Of a stretch of 64,000 bases of DNA, positions 37,611 to 49,281 are shown one piece after another (the first letter of the stretch is position 1; each line of letters starts with the position of its first letter). Made by a program: the position numbers and the translations under genes. This stretch comes from Entomortierella parvispora E1425 (lineage: Eukaryota; Fungi; Mortierellomycota). The stretch covers positions 992,001-1,056,000 of the forward strand of contig BQFW01000007.1 of the NCBI GenBank assembly GCA_020891255.1, read 5' to 3'. Below the pieces are notes generated by a model that was not told the DNA's origin, made no database searches, and was given only the letters and a program-made list of their open reading frames with translations.

Positions 37611-37638
37611 GAGGTATGGATATTTGTGGCAAGATCTC
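37611..37638 (-). repeat. Right terminal inverted repeat
   Basis: Reverse complement reads gagatcttgccacaaatatccatacctc; followed by TA. Confidence 0.88.
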
Positions 37639-38149
37639 TACATATATCGATTTTCACCTTTTTTTATGTCCCAATTTGAAAACAGAAAGGGGTCATTTGG
37701 GCCCTGTTGTCAGCCCTCCGATTAAGAAATCCCCAGTGGACCCTGCCAAACCGTAGAGTACTGTAGTATTTGTAGTCTACTCTTGATAATGCAGGAGGAG
37801 CAGACTTGTGAACCAGGATAGTCTTGTCCTATTTAAGAGTAATGGAGCGTAATGAGGCCTGTACGCCGGAGTACAGGCAGAAGGAACGTGTGAGTGCTAA
37901 CAACTCAGAAAAAAAACATGAAGGAATGAAGGAACGAGGGCCTGGGTAGGTTTCTATTGCTCTTTTTTTTCCTTATTCAGAGATATGAGGTGCACAGTCT
38001 GAGAAGGAAATAGACCGCATCATAGAAACTTAATGTAGGGTGGCCCTGTTTCTCTGCGTGCGTGAAATCGGCGTCTTCATTCTACCGATCATTGCTGTTA
38101 GACTAAGAGCAAAAAGAATGAAAGAATTACAGAAGGCAAAAGAAGACTA

Positions 38150-38190
38150 CTGTACATGTACTTCTACCGCACATGTACATGTACATGTGA
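38150..38190. repeat. Short self-complementary (ACATGT)n microsatellite
   Basis: tgtacatgta...acatgtacatgtacatgt; a similar run occurs at ~48747. Confidence 0.5.
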
Positions 38191-39305
38191 GGTGTTTAGC
38201 ACCGCAAACGTTGACATGTGCAATAGACGATCCGAAGATGGAAGAAAGGGCGCGATTCTGTTTTTATCTCCAGCTCTCCTCCATTCTCCATCAGGGTAGA
38301 CTCTGCGGGCATTCTTTCTGTGCAACGTAGACGCGCTCAAGAGAGAAGTTTGTTTATGTACCGGTTCTGTTTTGTTTGTTATTTTCCCCTTGCGTGCAGG
38401 TGGTAACACCGACAGTTGGATTGTTGTCTCGAGGTTCGACCCTGATGTGGAGAAATCGATACAGATACTGCCTGCAGGAGTACTAAGCACCAGGGTCCCA
38501 TTGGTCTCAGGAGGCGTGAGAGACTTGTAGTTTTGACAGCCCAGACTGACCCCGCAACAGATGTGGACAATTTTAGGGCACCCTGAGGTTTAAATGTCGG
38601 GAAGGATGAATCCATGCCGTCCACCATTCGTGCAAGCCATGGGTGATCGTTTCCGACGGCTCACCAAACTCACGCCATCTGAGCACTGAGTGGGAATGAA
38701 AAAAAACAGCAGACCAAAAGTGGGTTGGATTTCCTTTCAAGAATGTGTCTTTGTGCTTGTGGACTCGTGTGAGGGCAAAGCATCAAACTGGTTCACAGAA
38801 GCTGAAGACCGTTGAATTCCAACAATGTTTCGCTGCGTAAAGTTCAGTGAGCAAAATCCAAGGAAGAACCCACTGTCGAATCGTGGTGCCTTTTTTTGGG
38901 AGCACTTTCCCCTGTGTGTGAGGACGGAGCAAACAAAAACAGGAACAACGGACAGAGTCGTGCGTTCGTGGCCCCAAAGGGGTGTCGCTTGTGTCCTGTA
39001 ACTTCAAAAGGGCCATCGGACATTGACCAACGGACGGCGTGAACGATAATCCCGCCTGCCTGAACTCAAGCTCAATTGCTCCTCCGTTCTCTATGAACTC
39101 TCTTTCAACTGTGCTCGTGTGCCTGCGGACACCCTTGGATCTGTTGAACAACCGCGAAGTTGGTGCTGCTTACGAACAACTGCTTTTCAAGATAAAAGGA
39201 TCGCTTCTTTCAGCCTTTTGTTGTTTTTTTTCTCTCGTTTCTCCACACCACCCCTGTCCCCTTCCCCTCCTCCGCCACCACCGCCCTTCCCTTCCTTCCA
39301 CGGAA

Positions 39306-41583
39306 ATGAAATCCTTCACCATCTCCTGCCTGTTGGCCGCTGCCTTTGTCCAGGCCTCCCTGGCTCAGGTCACAATCGCCTCCGATGCTGCCAAAACCAC
39401 CAACCACCACTCCAGCTCTTCTTCCCAGACCATTAGCGGCGCTCAGGTCTTGGTCGAAAACACTTTGGAGGTCGGCAGCGCCAACTTCCCCTTCATTCTC
39501 TTGTCTGAGACTGCCTCTGCTGCTGATGGCGCCAAGGGCTGCTCCAAGTTGGGCGAGCTCCCTTACAACGCTCAGAGCCGCGCTTTGCCCGCTGTCGAGA
39601 ACGCATTGAACAAGTTTGCCTCAACCCAGAAAACCTTTTACGTTGACAACTCCTCTGCCTCAGACTCCAAGAGCACCGCCACTTGCTCGACTTTGACCAT
39701 GTCCGGTGGCAAGGCCACTATCCACCACGGTGCCTCTTGCACCACCAAGTTGCCCACTCTCTGCACCAACCAGAACTTGAACGGCAAGGTCACTGTTAAC
39801 ACTCATCTCGGACCCTTCACTGGTATGCGTGACCAGCGCGGTTTCCGCTTCCGTGGTATGCGCTATGCCAAGCCCGTTGTCCGCTTCGCTGCCCCCGAGC
39901 CCATCACTGCCAAGTGGTCCAAGCCCGTTGACGCCACCAAGTTCGGAAGCGTCTGCCCCCAGATCGGCGCTGGCTCTGACGACTGCTTGTTCTTGAACGT
40001 CTTCACCCCCAAGTTGACCTCTGACAAGAAGGGTCTTCTTCCCGTCATGTTCTAGTAGGTGTTTGTTTGCTTCGCTCTGCTAGTTTATTGATTCTTGTGC
40101 GGCGAATGGTTTTTTTCAGCCTTGCTAATCTGTTTATCCACGTTTGTCTCTCCGCAACCCACTAATTTTTTTATTTTAGTATCCACGGTGGTTCCTTCAC
40201 TTCCGGTTCCGGATCTGACCCCTCCTTCGATGGCTCCAACATGGCTTCTCGTGGCCAGGTTGTTGTTGTTCAAATCAACTACCGTCTCGGTCTCTTTGGT
40301 TTCTTTGAGCGTGTTGATGCTGGCATCAGCCGCAAGACCTTGCCCGGAAACCAGGGTGTCTACGACATGCTCTTGGCTCTTAAGTGGGTCCAGCAGAACA
40401 TTGCTGCCTTTGGTGGTGACCCCAAGCAGGTTACCGCTTTCGGAGAGTCGGCTGGTGGTAACGCCATCCGTGCCTTGTTGTCCATGCCCAAGCACACCAA
40501 GGGTCTCTTCCGCTCTGTGATCTCCCAGTCTGATCCCATTGACATCCCCTTCAACACCCCCGCTACCGCGTCCGGTCTCATCAGTGGAGGTGCCATGACT
40601 GCCTTGAACTGCAAGACTATTGCCTGCATGCGCAAGAAGAGCATCACCGATATCATCAACGTCCAGAACGTCCTTGTCTCTGATGCTATCGCCCACGCCC
40701 CTGAGGAGTCTTTCATGGAGTTGATCAAGCCCTCCGTTGACGGTATCTTGATCCTCAACAACTTTGACCAGTTGATTGCTGGCAAGAGCGGTGGTATCAC
40801 CAACGTCCCATTGATGATCGGAACCATGAAGAACGAGGGTAACGGTTTCTTGCCCTCCTTGGGCCAGACCACCCCCATGAACGAGATGGTCTTTGGTGTC
40901 ACCGCTGAGGCTCTTCTTGGATACCAGCGTGCCATGATCACCGCCGCCTATAACTTGTACCCCATCCCCGACAACACCACTGACAAGGACATCACCAGAG
41001 ATGTTGAGGGTGTTTTCGCCACCGACTACTTGTGGGTATGTAACCCAAGATTGGATTCTCGATGTCATGTAGAAATGATGTATGTATTGTCTTTGTTATT
41101 TTTGTCCAAGCTGATCGCTGACCAGTACTCTGTGCTTCGTATCCACTACAACAGGTCTGCCCTACCCAGTACTTGGCCAAGGCCTTCTCCAAGACCCGCA
41201 ACCCCATCTACCAGTACACCTTCCAGCGCGCCTACAGCAACGTCCCTGTTGGTGATATTTGCTACGGAAAGGTCTGCCACGGTGATGACATTGCTATTGT
41301 CTTTGCCTCTCCCCTCTTTATGAACAACGCCACCGCCTACCCCTGGACCCAGGACGATGCCGCCCTCTCCAGAATGGTCATGGACAGATGGTTGGCCTTC
41401 GGTATCTCTGGCGGTAACCCTAACCCTACCGTTGCTGATGGTAACCCCACCTGGCCCAAGTATGATGCCACCACCCAGGGCATCTACATGTTCAACCTCA
41501 ATGCCACCATCTCCACCGGCGGTCTCCGCCAGCCATACTGCAACTTCATGGACCAGGCCATCAAGTACGACTTCCAGTTGTAA
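39306..41583 (+). CDS. Secreted type-B carboxylesterase/lipase, 3 exons
   Basis: Signal peptide MKSFTISCLLAAAFVQASLA; FRGMRYA, SDDCLFLNVFTP, YIHGG (across intron 40055-40179), nucleophile motif GESAG, GTMKNEG and CHGDDI. Confidence 0.92.
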
Positions 41584-41887
41584 AAAAAAGTCATAACATA
41601 CCTTGTTTACCAATAATAATCACTGTACCAGTGCTCCATCATGAGATTTTGTCCAATGCTGCTGATGGCAGATGGTCTTGTTCGCTTGGTTGTGTCCGTT
41701 GGTGTTGTACGTTTGCTTTGCTTGGGGTGAATTTATCGACTCCTGCTGCCGGTGGCTTAGGAACGCGTCGCGTCCACCAGTTGTTGTCCCTATTTTTTTG
41801 GGACATGCAACAGATTCCATCAAAACCATTGACTTACATGCAAGTGGGACGCTCACGTCTGCCCTGATCACATCATTACGCACCAAT

Positions 41888-43390
41888 ATGGATCGACAGA
41901 ACAACATTTTCGAGATACCGGAGGTGGCTCGGATGATTGCCCAGTACCTCGAAGGATCCAAGTCAATGGTCAATTGCCTCCGAGTTTGCCGGCGATGGTA
42001 CATGATCTTCCTGCCCTATAATTGGGCATCGGTTTATGTTGAATCCGGTCGCCTCGCCGCATGCACCGACCTCCTTGTGAAGTACGCGCCATTTATTCAC
42101 AAGATCAAGCTATACTCCTCGCGCTTCTGCAACCTACCCACGACCTTTCCTTTTCTTATGCAGTTGGAAACCGAGTTTCTCCCAGTCATGTGGACCCCTT
42201 CCAAAGGAACATTGACTGCGTACAAAAACTCGCTCCTGGGGCTCATCAAGGACCACCAGCAAACCTTACGGGAGCTCATCATTGACTCGGCGATGAACGA
42301 CAAACTTTTCGACACCGTGGCAGGTTGTTCTCGCCTGCGGAAATTTGTTGGAAATAATTTCACGGTCGATTGTACTCCAGAGCAGTACCTTGCACTCCAC
42401 CCCAGAGTTTGGGCCAATGTCGAAAGCCTACATTTGAATGGAGAATTCATGACCCAGAAAAAATACGTTACGCTTGCACAGGCGATCAAGGCTCGAAAGA
42501 CCCTTGCTCCGACCAAGATCAAGAATCTGTCCTTCAACGTTTTCGATTTGAAATTGAAGGCAATGTTGATTCCTCTCTTCATCATCATGACCAGCCCTGA
42601 ACTGGTTCGATTGTCATGGCCCGCCCGCAAAGATATATACGCTCGGTATACAGAGGTGGTCCCTATGGAAATATTGGCCAAGGCTGCTAAAGCCCGTGCT
42701 CTGAACTGCCCTCGACTTCAGGAACTGTCCCTGCAGAGCGCGTCGTTCAATGAAAGTGACTTGGCGTCAGTGATGGGAGCTCTGCCGTCGGTGACCAAGC
42801 TGGATTTGTCTTTTGCGCTATACAGCTTCGGTATGAAAAGCGCCAAGGCCTTGACGACGGATTACCCTATTTTCAGGACGACACTGACGGAGCTGCGTCT
42901 CGAAAACTGCAGTCTCGGTGGACCAGCAACTCTGGAAATATTGGCCTCGCTCAGCGGACTGAAGGTTTTCATTGCAAGCGGAGTGAGTAGTAAAGAGCTC
43001 GTAAAGGACAACAGACCATGGGTGTGCCTTGGGCTCGAGCGTCTGGTCTTGGGATTCACTCAGGACATCAACTCTGAGGACAAGAGCGAACTGTTCCTGG
43101 AACGATTGGCAAAGCTGGAGAAGCTAGAGTATTTGAATGTGGACTCTGTTTATTGCCAGAAAGCCCTGCGACTCACCTTGGACGGGGGTCTGGATCGCCT
43201 AAAGTCCCTCAGATCCCTGACACATCTCAGAGGGTCAGACTTTCATGGATCTTGTTTTAAATGGGGACTGGCCGAGGCAGAGTGGGTGACACAACACTGG
43301 GTCAATATGAGGACGTTTGGAGCAGTCGCTGTTGATCAAGAAGCCAGGAAGCATTTCATGGAACGAAATGTCTGTATTTCAGAGTACTAA
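41888..43390 (+). CDS. Intronless F-box/RNI-like LRR protein (500 aa)
   Basis: NIFEIPEVARMIAQYL...CLRVCRRWY, LRRs, PWVCLGLERL, LRLTLDGGLDRLKSL and EAEWVTQHW. Confidence 0.85.
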   Translation: MDRQNNIFEIPEVARMIAQYLEGSKSMVNCLRVCRRWYMIFLPYNWASVYVESGRLAACTDLLVKYAPFIHKIKLYSSRFCNLPTTFPFLMQLETEFLPVMWTPSKGTLTAYKNSLLGLIKDHQQTLRELIIDSAMNDKLFDTVAGCSRLRKFVGNNFTVDCTPEQYLALHPRVWANVESLHLNGEFMTQKKYVTLAQAIKARKTLAPTKIKNLSFNVFDLKLKAMLIPLFIIMTSPELVRLSWPARKDIYARYTEVVPMEILAKAAKARALNCPRLQELSLQSASFNESDLASVMGALPSVTKLDLSFALYSFGMKSAKALTTDYPIFRTTLTELRLENCSLGGPATLEILASLSGLKVFIASGVSSKELVKDNRPWVCLGLERLVLGFTQDINSEDKSELFLERLAKLEKLEYLNVDSVYCQKALRLTLDGGLDRLKSLRSLTHLRGSDFHGSCFKWGLAEAEWVTQHWVNMRTFGAVAVDQEARKHFMERNVCISEY

Positions 43391-43411
43391 AATATAAAAA
43401 TACAGATTTAT

Positions 43412-44878
43412 TCAGTTGCAACGCAATGTAGAAGCATCCACAGCACTTGAGAATGAGTCGGCGTTGAAGGTGGGTTTGCATTTATGAGTAAAGTTGCGCG
43501 CTTGTTGAAAAAGATTCGTGCTTTTTCCAAACGCGCTTCTGACCGCTTTTCCAAACGCACCGGGTTCCATTCTTCCATTTATCGAACGCAGTCGAAGAGG
43601 GCAAGTGTCGACTTTGGAAGGTCTTGGATAAAAGGTGGGCCTCGGACCCCTCCAGGCCCTCTGACAGAGTGAAGAGGACGCGTTGGCCATCGGTCCACCC
43701 TCGCGAAGTTGACAATCTTCCATCCTGCTCTGTCTCGGTAGACGTGCAATGACCATAGGCAAACTGCTATAGGACTGCAGTGTAAATGTCAAGGTCAACG
43801 TTCGCAAGTTTTCACAGACCCAAGGGCGACCGTCCTCCATATCCTTGTCCGTCATGACATATGCCCTGAAAACCTCTAATTGAGGGGCTGAGCACAGGAT
43901 CGACTGTATGGCCGTACCCGGTAATTGTGTGCAGCAATCCAAGTTCAGAACCCTGAGGGTCGCCAAATGTCCAGGGCATGCTCGTAAAGCCTCAAAAGAA
44001 CAAAGATCGAAACTCGAGCGGTGCAAGTCCAGCTCTGTCAATTGGTCGACGCTTTCAATCAACACTTCAAAGTCGCTTGGAAGAAATCTTTGGGGCAAAC
44101 AGAGTGACTCTAGTCGTCTCCATCGGTGACCAGATCGTATAGCTTCTACAAGTCGATGCATTGGACCTTGTTCATACTCAAAGCTCTTTACTGGTGTCCA
44201 TCGGAGTCTCACCAACTCGGAACATTGCTCTATCAACCAAAGTTGGCCTAACATAACGGCTGGAGCGTCCCCTCCGGCAAGGGTCAGATTCTGGATTTGG
44301 CATCGCGTTTTCAGAAGACCCCACGACTGTAGACAAGCAGCAACTTCTGATGCTTGTAGGATCAAGCCCCCTTCATTGCTGGGGCAGAGCCAGGAGCCGC
44401 TGAGGGAAAGGACCCTAAGACGTGACCAGAGTCTCTCGTAGAAGTCTTTCCATTGGTCAGGTCCACTCATGTGTACCCTGGGCAGTGCTAGCTCCTGTAG
44501 TCTCTTACACTTGAAGAGGGTTGCCAGGTGCTTCGCCGTAGTTGGTTGGTTTGACGTGAGGTGTGTCAACGTCCGCTGGTGGCGCTGAATGAAGGCATCA
44601 TATGAGCATTTGTCCTTGTGGCAACGACCGATAGACAGTCGAGTCAGGTTGTCGCAGGTTAGAAACTGGCGGAAGCTCACGTTCACCTGACCCCTAATAG
44701 CTAGTCGTTGAATGAGGGATCCATGGCTCCTGGCCACGGCAAATGAAGGCTGCTTGTAATCGTCTGACCCAGTCAGAGTCAAGTCTAACCAGAGGCATGG
44801 CAGAAGGATTGAATACCAATGGCGCGAAACACGAAGGCAGGTAATGAGGGAGATCAGGTCTAGGTATTGAGAGAGCAT
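43412..44878 (-). pseudogene. F-box/LRR gene with an apparent frameshift near 43700 and no clear native start
   Basis: Normal up to PWVCENLRTL. The conserved LFTLSEGLEG motif then lies in a different frame (ORF 43482-43715). An in-frame TGA sits just upstream of the F-box-leading NPFYVSELL. A sequencing error cannot be excluded. Confidence 0.6.
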
Positions 44879-45355
44879 GTGGAGTAGCTCAGATACATAA
44901 AAAGGATTGGGCCCTCAGTACTGCCCCTCAGAGCGGTTTGGTTGTTGCATGAGCTGAGACTCATGGGCCTGAGGCATTGTCGGTGGGAGTGTAGCAAGAG
45001 GACTTAAATGCTAAAGTGAACGAGAGCAAGATGGACGAACAAAGTACCGACACACAAGAGAGGAAAAACCACAGGGAGCAGCTGTTCTTATGTCTGTGCT
45101 TTCAACGGACCATTGGGCCTCTCGAACCTCACTCGTCAACTCCCGCAACACTTGCTCGCCTGATCTGGCCACAAATGGTAGAATATGAACGTGCCTATGT
45201 CCTGTCCCGCATTTTATTTCCTCTATCCGAGTTTTTTTTTGTTGGTTATCGTTTCATCCAGGCGCATGATAGATTCGACGCTCGCTGTTGAGGAGGCTTC
45301 AGCATTCTTTCTTTCCCTCCTTGCGCCTAATTGATCCTGACGATGGTTGTCCACT

Positions 45356-46371
45356 TTAGTTGAACTATGACAAGCGATAGAGAGTGTTAGAAAGATGAAA
45401 AAGCCAGGGACACACATTGTTTCCATGACATTCACAGCTTTCCCACTTACGCCGGCGAGGTATGCCTCCGACACGGCACGCAGGCGAGCATTGAGGCTCA
45501 ACTTCATCTCACTGATCTCCTTGTCGACTTCCTCCATGAACTGAATGATAAAGTCGACCAACTTGTGCTTGTACATCTGTTCCGTGTGCGCGTTGGTGAT
45601 CAAGAACGAGATGTCATACCCCTATTTGAATCGATATCGAGCGTGTGTGGACGAGTTAGCGGCCATTCTATTGTCAAGGTTCCCTGCCGTTAATGTCTTC
45701 AACTCTACAACCAGCAAAAGAAATACCTCTATTGGCTTGCGGCGAAGAATCACAAAGCTTTCTGCGCGCTGCGTCAAGAAGCGTGTGAACTTGTGGGCCA
45801 GGATCCTCTCACTCTCATCTGCCTGCTTGATGGCAATGCTGATACGCAACGAGTTGACCGAGGTCTCGATCAAGACCTTCTCCTTGTCGTTACGGCTAAT
45901 GATTACAGGGTTCAAGAGGACCTCCTTTGATGTGCTATCGTACATTATAGTAACAGAAAGATGCCCGAGTGTCAGTCAAAGGCATGTTTCGAGATATGAC
46001 ATCAACCATTTCATGGCTGGAGGGATGGAGGGAGACGCTTCTTTGTCCTTTTCAACGATCCAGTCCTAAAGTCGTTTCGTGTACCTAGTCTCAACCTCGG
46101 GCTTGTTGTGACGCTCTGCCACCTGGGAAGAAAAGTTCTCCAGGCACATGGCGGCAGTGAGCGTTTGGCGAACAGCGCCAAGGTATGGTCGGAGGGTGTT
46201 TGACTGGAATGACGGGAAGATGAATTGGAGGCACGCAAGAAAGCAGGAGCGGGGTTGGGTGTTAGTCAATGCCATCTAGGCGATGCATGCAGGGTCATGA
46301 TGGAGACGTGTGTTGCTCCGGAATGTTGCGCCGGTCTATCTGTCCAGGGCTGTTATTGTTGACTGTACCAT
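45356..46371 (-). CDS. ARPC4: Arp2/3 complex subunit 4 (20 kDa)
   Basis: ATG|GTACAG first exon at 46371; SNTLRPYL...[41 protein letters not shown] and [12 protein letters not shown]. Confidence 0.95.
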
Positions 46372-46713
46372 GATGCGCTAGTGAAGAGGGAGAAGAGATG
46401 TAGAGAGTCGATGAATGAATGGATGAATGACACGGAAGTACTCTTGCCCTGGGCCATGCCGTTGGAACAGCCCTGTCCTGTCTTCCTTCTCTCTCTCTTC
46501 GCGCTGAGTCCCCCACACGTCACATTGGTGGACTGCGAGCGAGCGAGGATTGATCACGTGCTGCCAAAAGATGGGAGTCTTGCGCATCGGTGGCTGAGCA
46601 TCAACGAGCCAGCACACTTTATTTGGACTGAACCTCCATGAAGGGAAAGATGGACTCCCCCCTTCTTCCTTCTCCTTTTTCCTCTTTCACCCCACACACA
46701 CATTAACATCACA

Positions 46714-48721
46714 ATGGCCTTGTTCTTGGGAAGACTTACCCCCGACACCCGTTCCAGGGATCTCGAAGATCTCTTTGCCAAGTACGGCAGAGTCACCCGT
46801 CTCGACATCAAGCGAGGTACCCTCTCGTTTCGTTTGTTTACTTTTCACTACAGAGCATGCACCTCACGGATTGCTGACAATACTGACAATTTGAATCTTT
46901 CTTTTAATCGCTTTCCAGGAACCAACTCTGGCTATGGATTTGTCGAATATGAGGTAAACTAATAGAGTAGTCTTGCCTGTGTGTGCATGCACTATCGCTT
47001 TCATCCTTTTGTTATTAACTCCCGGCGATCTGGCTTGTTTCTGCTTTTAGGATATCCGTGATGCTGAGGAGGCTGTCCACAAGTTGAACGGAACTGTTGT
47101 CAACGGCAACCCCATTGTTGTTGAGTTTGCCAAGAACAACGGACGTCGTGCTGGCGACAACGAGTGCTTCAAGGTATGCAAAGGGAGAGAGAGAGAGAGT
47201 GTGTGTGTGTGTGTGTGTGTGTGTTTCTGCTCCTTGATTGCAATGTTTGTTTGTTGTGTCGAAGCTAACTATCTTTTTTTTTTTTTACTTTATTTCGTTG
47301 TCTTCTCTAGTGCGGCAAGGAGGGTATGAACGATCTCATAGCAGGATTTATAACAGCGATACTCAGGAAGAATGATCGTTCACGTTTCACAGATCAATGG
47401 ACTAACACCTTGCGGTATATTGTACAAAAACCAATGTTCTTCTTTCGTAGGTCACTGGGCCAGAGATTGCAGAGGAGGTGGACGTGACAGAGATCGCAGA
47501 AGGTATTTTCAACAGCCATGCTCCGTTTCATCGCTCTCCATCAGTCAATGCGGGTTGCCGGTCCAGCTGGATGTGTCGTCTGGTGTCTGTATCTGTGCCA
47601 GTCAATTTTTCTTGGCCGTCGCCGCTTGAAGAGATCATGTCGACGTCGTCCGGTGGCCGCCGTACTCCTTTTTTATCATCTGGGTGTCGTGAACGGGAGA
47701 AATTCTTCCGATGTCGTTTCCTACAAGAGTGTGTCTCGGTTTCCGCGTGTGCGTGGCAGTGGACCTTCCAGGAATTGGCCCTAGCCGATATTTTTTTACC
47801 GCGACCTATGGACCCTGGACGAGCAGCCGCTATCTCCCTCCCCTTTATTCCCGCCGAATCGGACGAGTTCGTCGACGCTCTCAGGAGTCGATACAAAGTC
47901 AGAGATTTCCTGCATCTTCCGATATTCATGCGATATTCATGCGATTTCTTGACCAATGCCGACCCGCAGTGGACCAGTGGATCAGCTTCGAACACCACCT
48001 GGATTAAGGATGATTCGTTGTGAGGTTTCTTCAGTTCGGCCCATACAGCCTCGTCAGTGTGCTCATCCGAACCGTACAGCCGATGTCGTGCCGTAATGTT
48101 CTTCGTATGTGCATTCGAGCTTCACTTTTTGATCTTTTCTGATGGGGCACAGCATCTGGGCCTCAGAGGGGGAAATTTTGGTGCATTGGTGTGTGTGGGT
48201 GTTTTGAGGGGGATTCTTTTGGACGGAGAGGGATGGTTCTACGTGTTTTTTTAAGAAGAAGAAAAAAAAGAGATTCTGACGTCCAGTTTCCTACTCGCAT
48301 GCATGCTCGACATGTTTTATCACCTAACAGATCTCGTTCTCCTCGCCGTCGTTCTCGTTCCAGATCTCGCTCCCGTTCCCCCCGTCGCGATTACCGTGAC
48401 CGACGTGACGAGCGTGACTATGGCCGTGATCGCTACGACCGCCGTGATGACCGTGATCGTCGTGATGACCGTCGCGATGACCGCCGCGATGACCGTGACC
48501 GCCGCGATGACCGTGGTCGCGATTACCGTCGGGAGGAGAGCGACCGTCGTGGAAGCCGTGATGATGACCGTCGCGGTTCTCGCGATGAGCGTCCTGCCAG
48601 GGATGCCTCCCCCGCCCCTGCCCGTGGCCGTTCCCCTAGCCCCGCTGGCGACCGTGAGCGCCGTGCCTCGAACGCTGACGAGCGTCAGCGTTCCAAGAGT
48701 CCAGTTGCTCAGGATCGGTAA
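46714..48721 (+). CDS. SR splicing factor, SRSF7/RSZ-like (RRM + CCHC knuckle + RS/RD tail)
   Basis: RRM (LFLGRL, GYGFVEYE). Zinc knuckle CFK|CGKEG|HWARDC includes a 13-nt microexon at 47311-47323. RS/RD-rich last exon 48331-48721. Confidence 0.9.
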
Positions 48722-49281
48722 GAGGGATTCCAGTTTCATCAACTATTGTACATGTACATGTTTTAAAGGCTTGAAGCTGACCTTGTTCCCGTATTCTTCA
48801 TCATTCTAGTGTTCGCTCCGTCTCTCCTGATGGTCGTTAAGATCTGACATGAGAAAAAAAAATGTTGGTAGAGTACTTCCAAAAAAAAAAAAAAAAAAAA
48901 AATCCAGTCGGGTCATTCTTTACCTCCTTGCGGTTCTTTTGAATGAGAATAATCACTTGGCATGTTGCCTTCCAAATAAATATCTTCTAATTTTTTTGAT
49001 GCTGAATGTGCTTTATTTGTTGAAGATAAAGATGAAAAGAAGTGAAGGAATAACAGTGTGAACAAAATGTTGAATGTTTGGGGCGACGAGATTGGTCTTA
49101 TTTTTATGAGTGTGGGAAGTGTGTGAATGAAAGGGGTAACGATTAAGAGTCGCAAATCCGCAGAAAGTGAGAGTGAGATAAAGGATGCTCTCGGGATCTG
49201 CTTAGTAGCTAAGAGGAAAAGCGAATGATAGAGAAAAGAGCATGCTGTGGATATGATGTTGGTTCCGGATCAGAAACACGT

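Larger units (their letters stand above)
35834..37638 (+). mobile_element. Full-length IS630/Tc1/mariner-group DNA transposon (Sailor-like, DD86E), 1805 bp
   Basis: 28-bp TIRs with 24/28 identity, flanked by TA on both sides (35832-33 and 37639-40), around one intact transposase ORF. Confidence 0.9.

Noticed and set aside
35834-37638. Possibility that the transposon carries a Fanzor/TnpB RNA-guided nuclease
   Set aside because: The single transposase ORF fills the element; no second ORF, RuvC or zinc-ribbon motifs lie between the TIRs.
38393-38446. tRNA-like words (GGTGGTAACAC, GGTTCGACCC)
   Set aside because: The T stem has only 3 pairs, the anticodon loop is 8 nt and no acceptor stem forms. 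At most a decayed relic; tRNAscan-SE would settle it.
38164-38700. Possible small spliced Cys-containing gene on the minus strand
   Set aside because: Donor and acceptor phases are inconsistent with the Cys-rich frame, and there is no convincing start or signal peptide.
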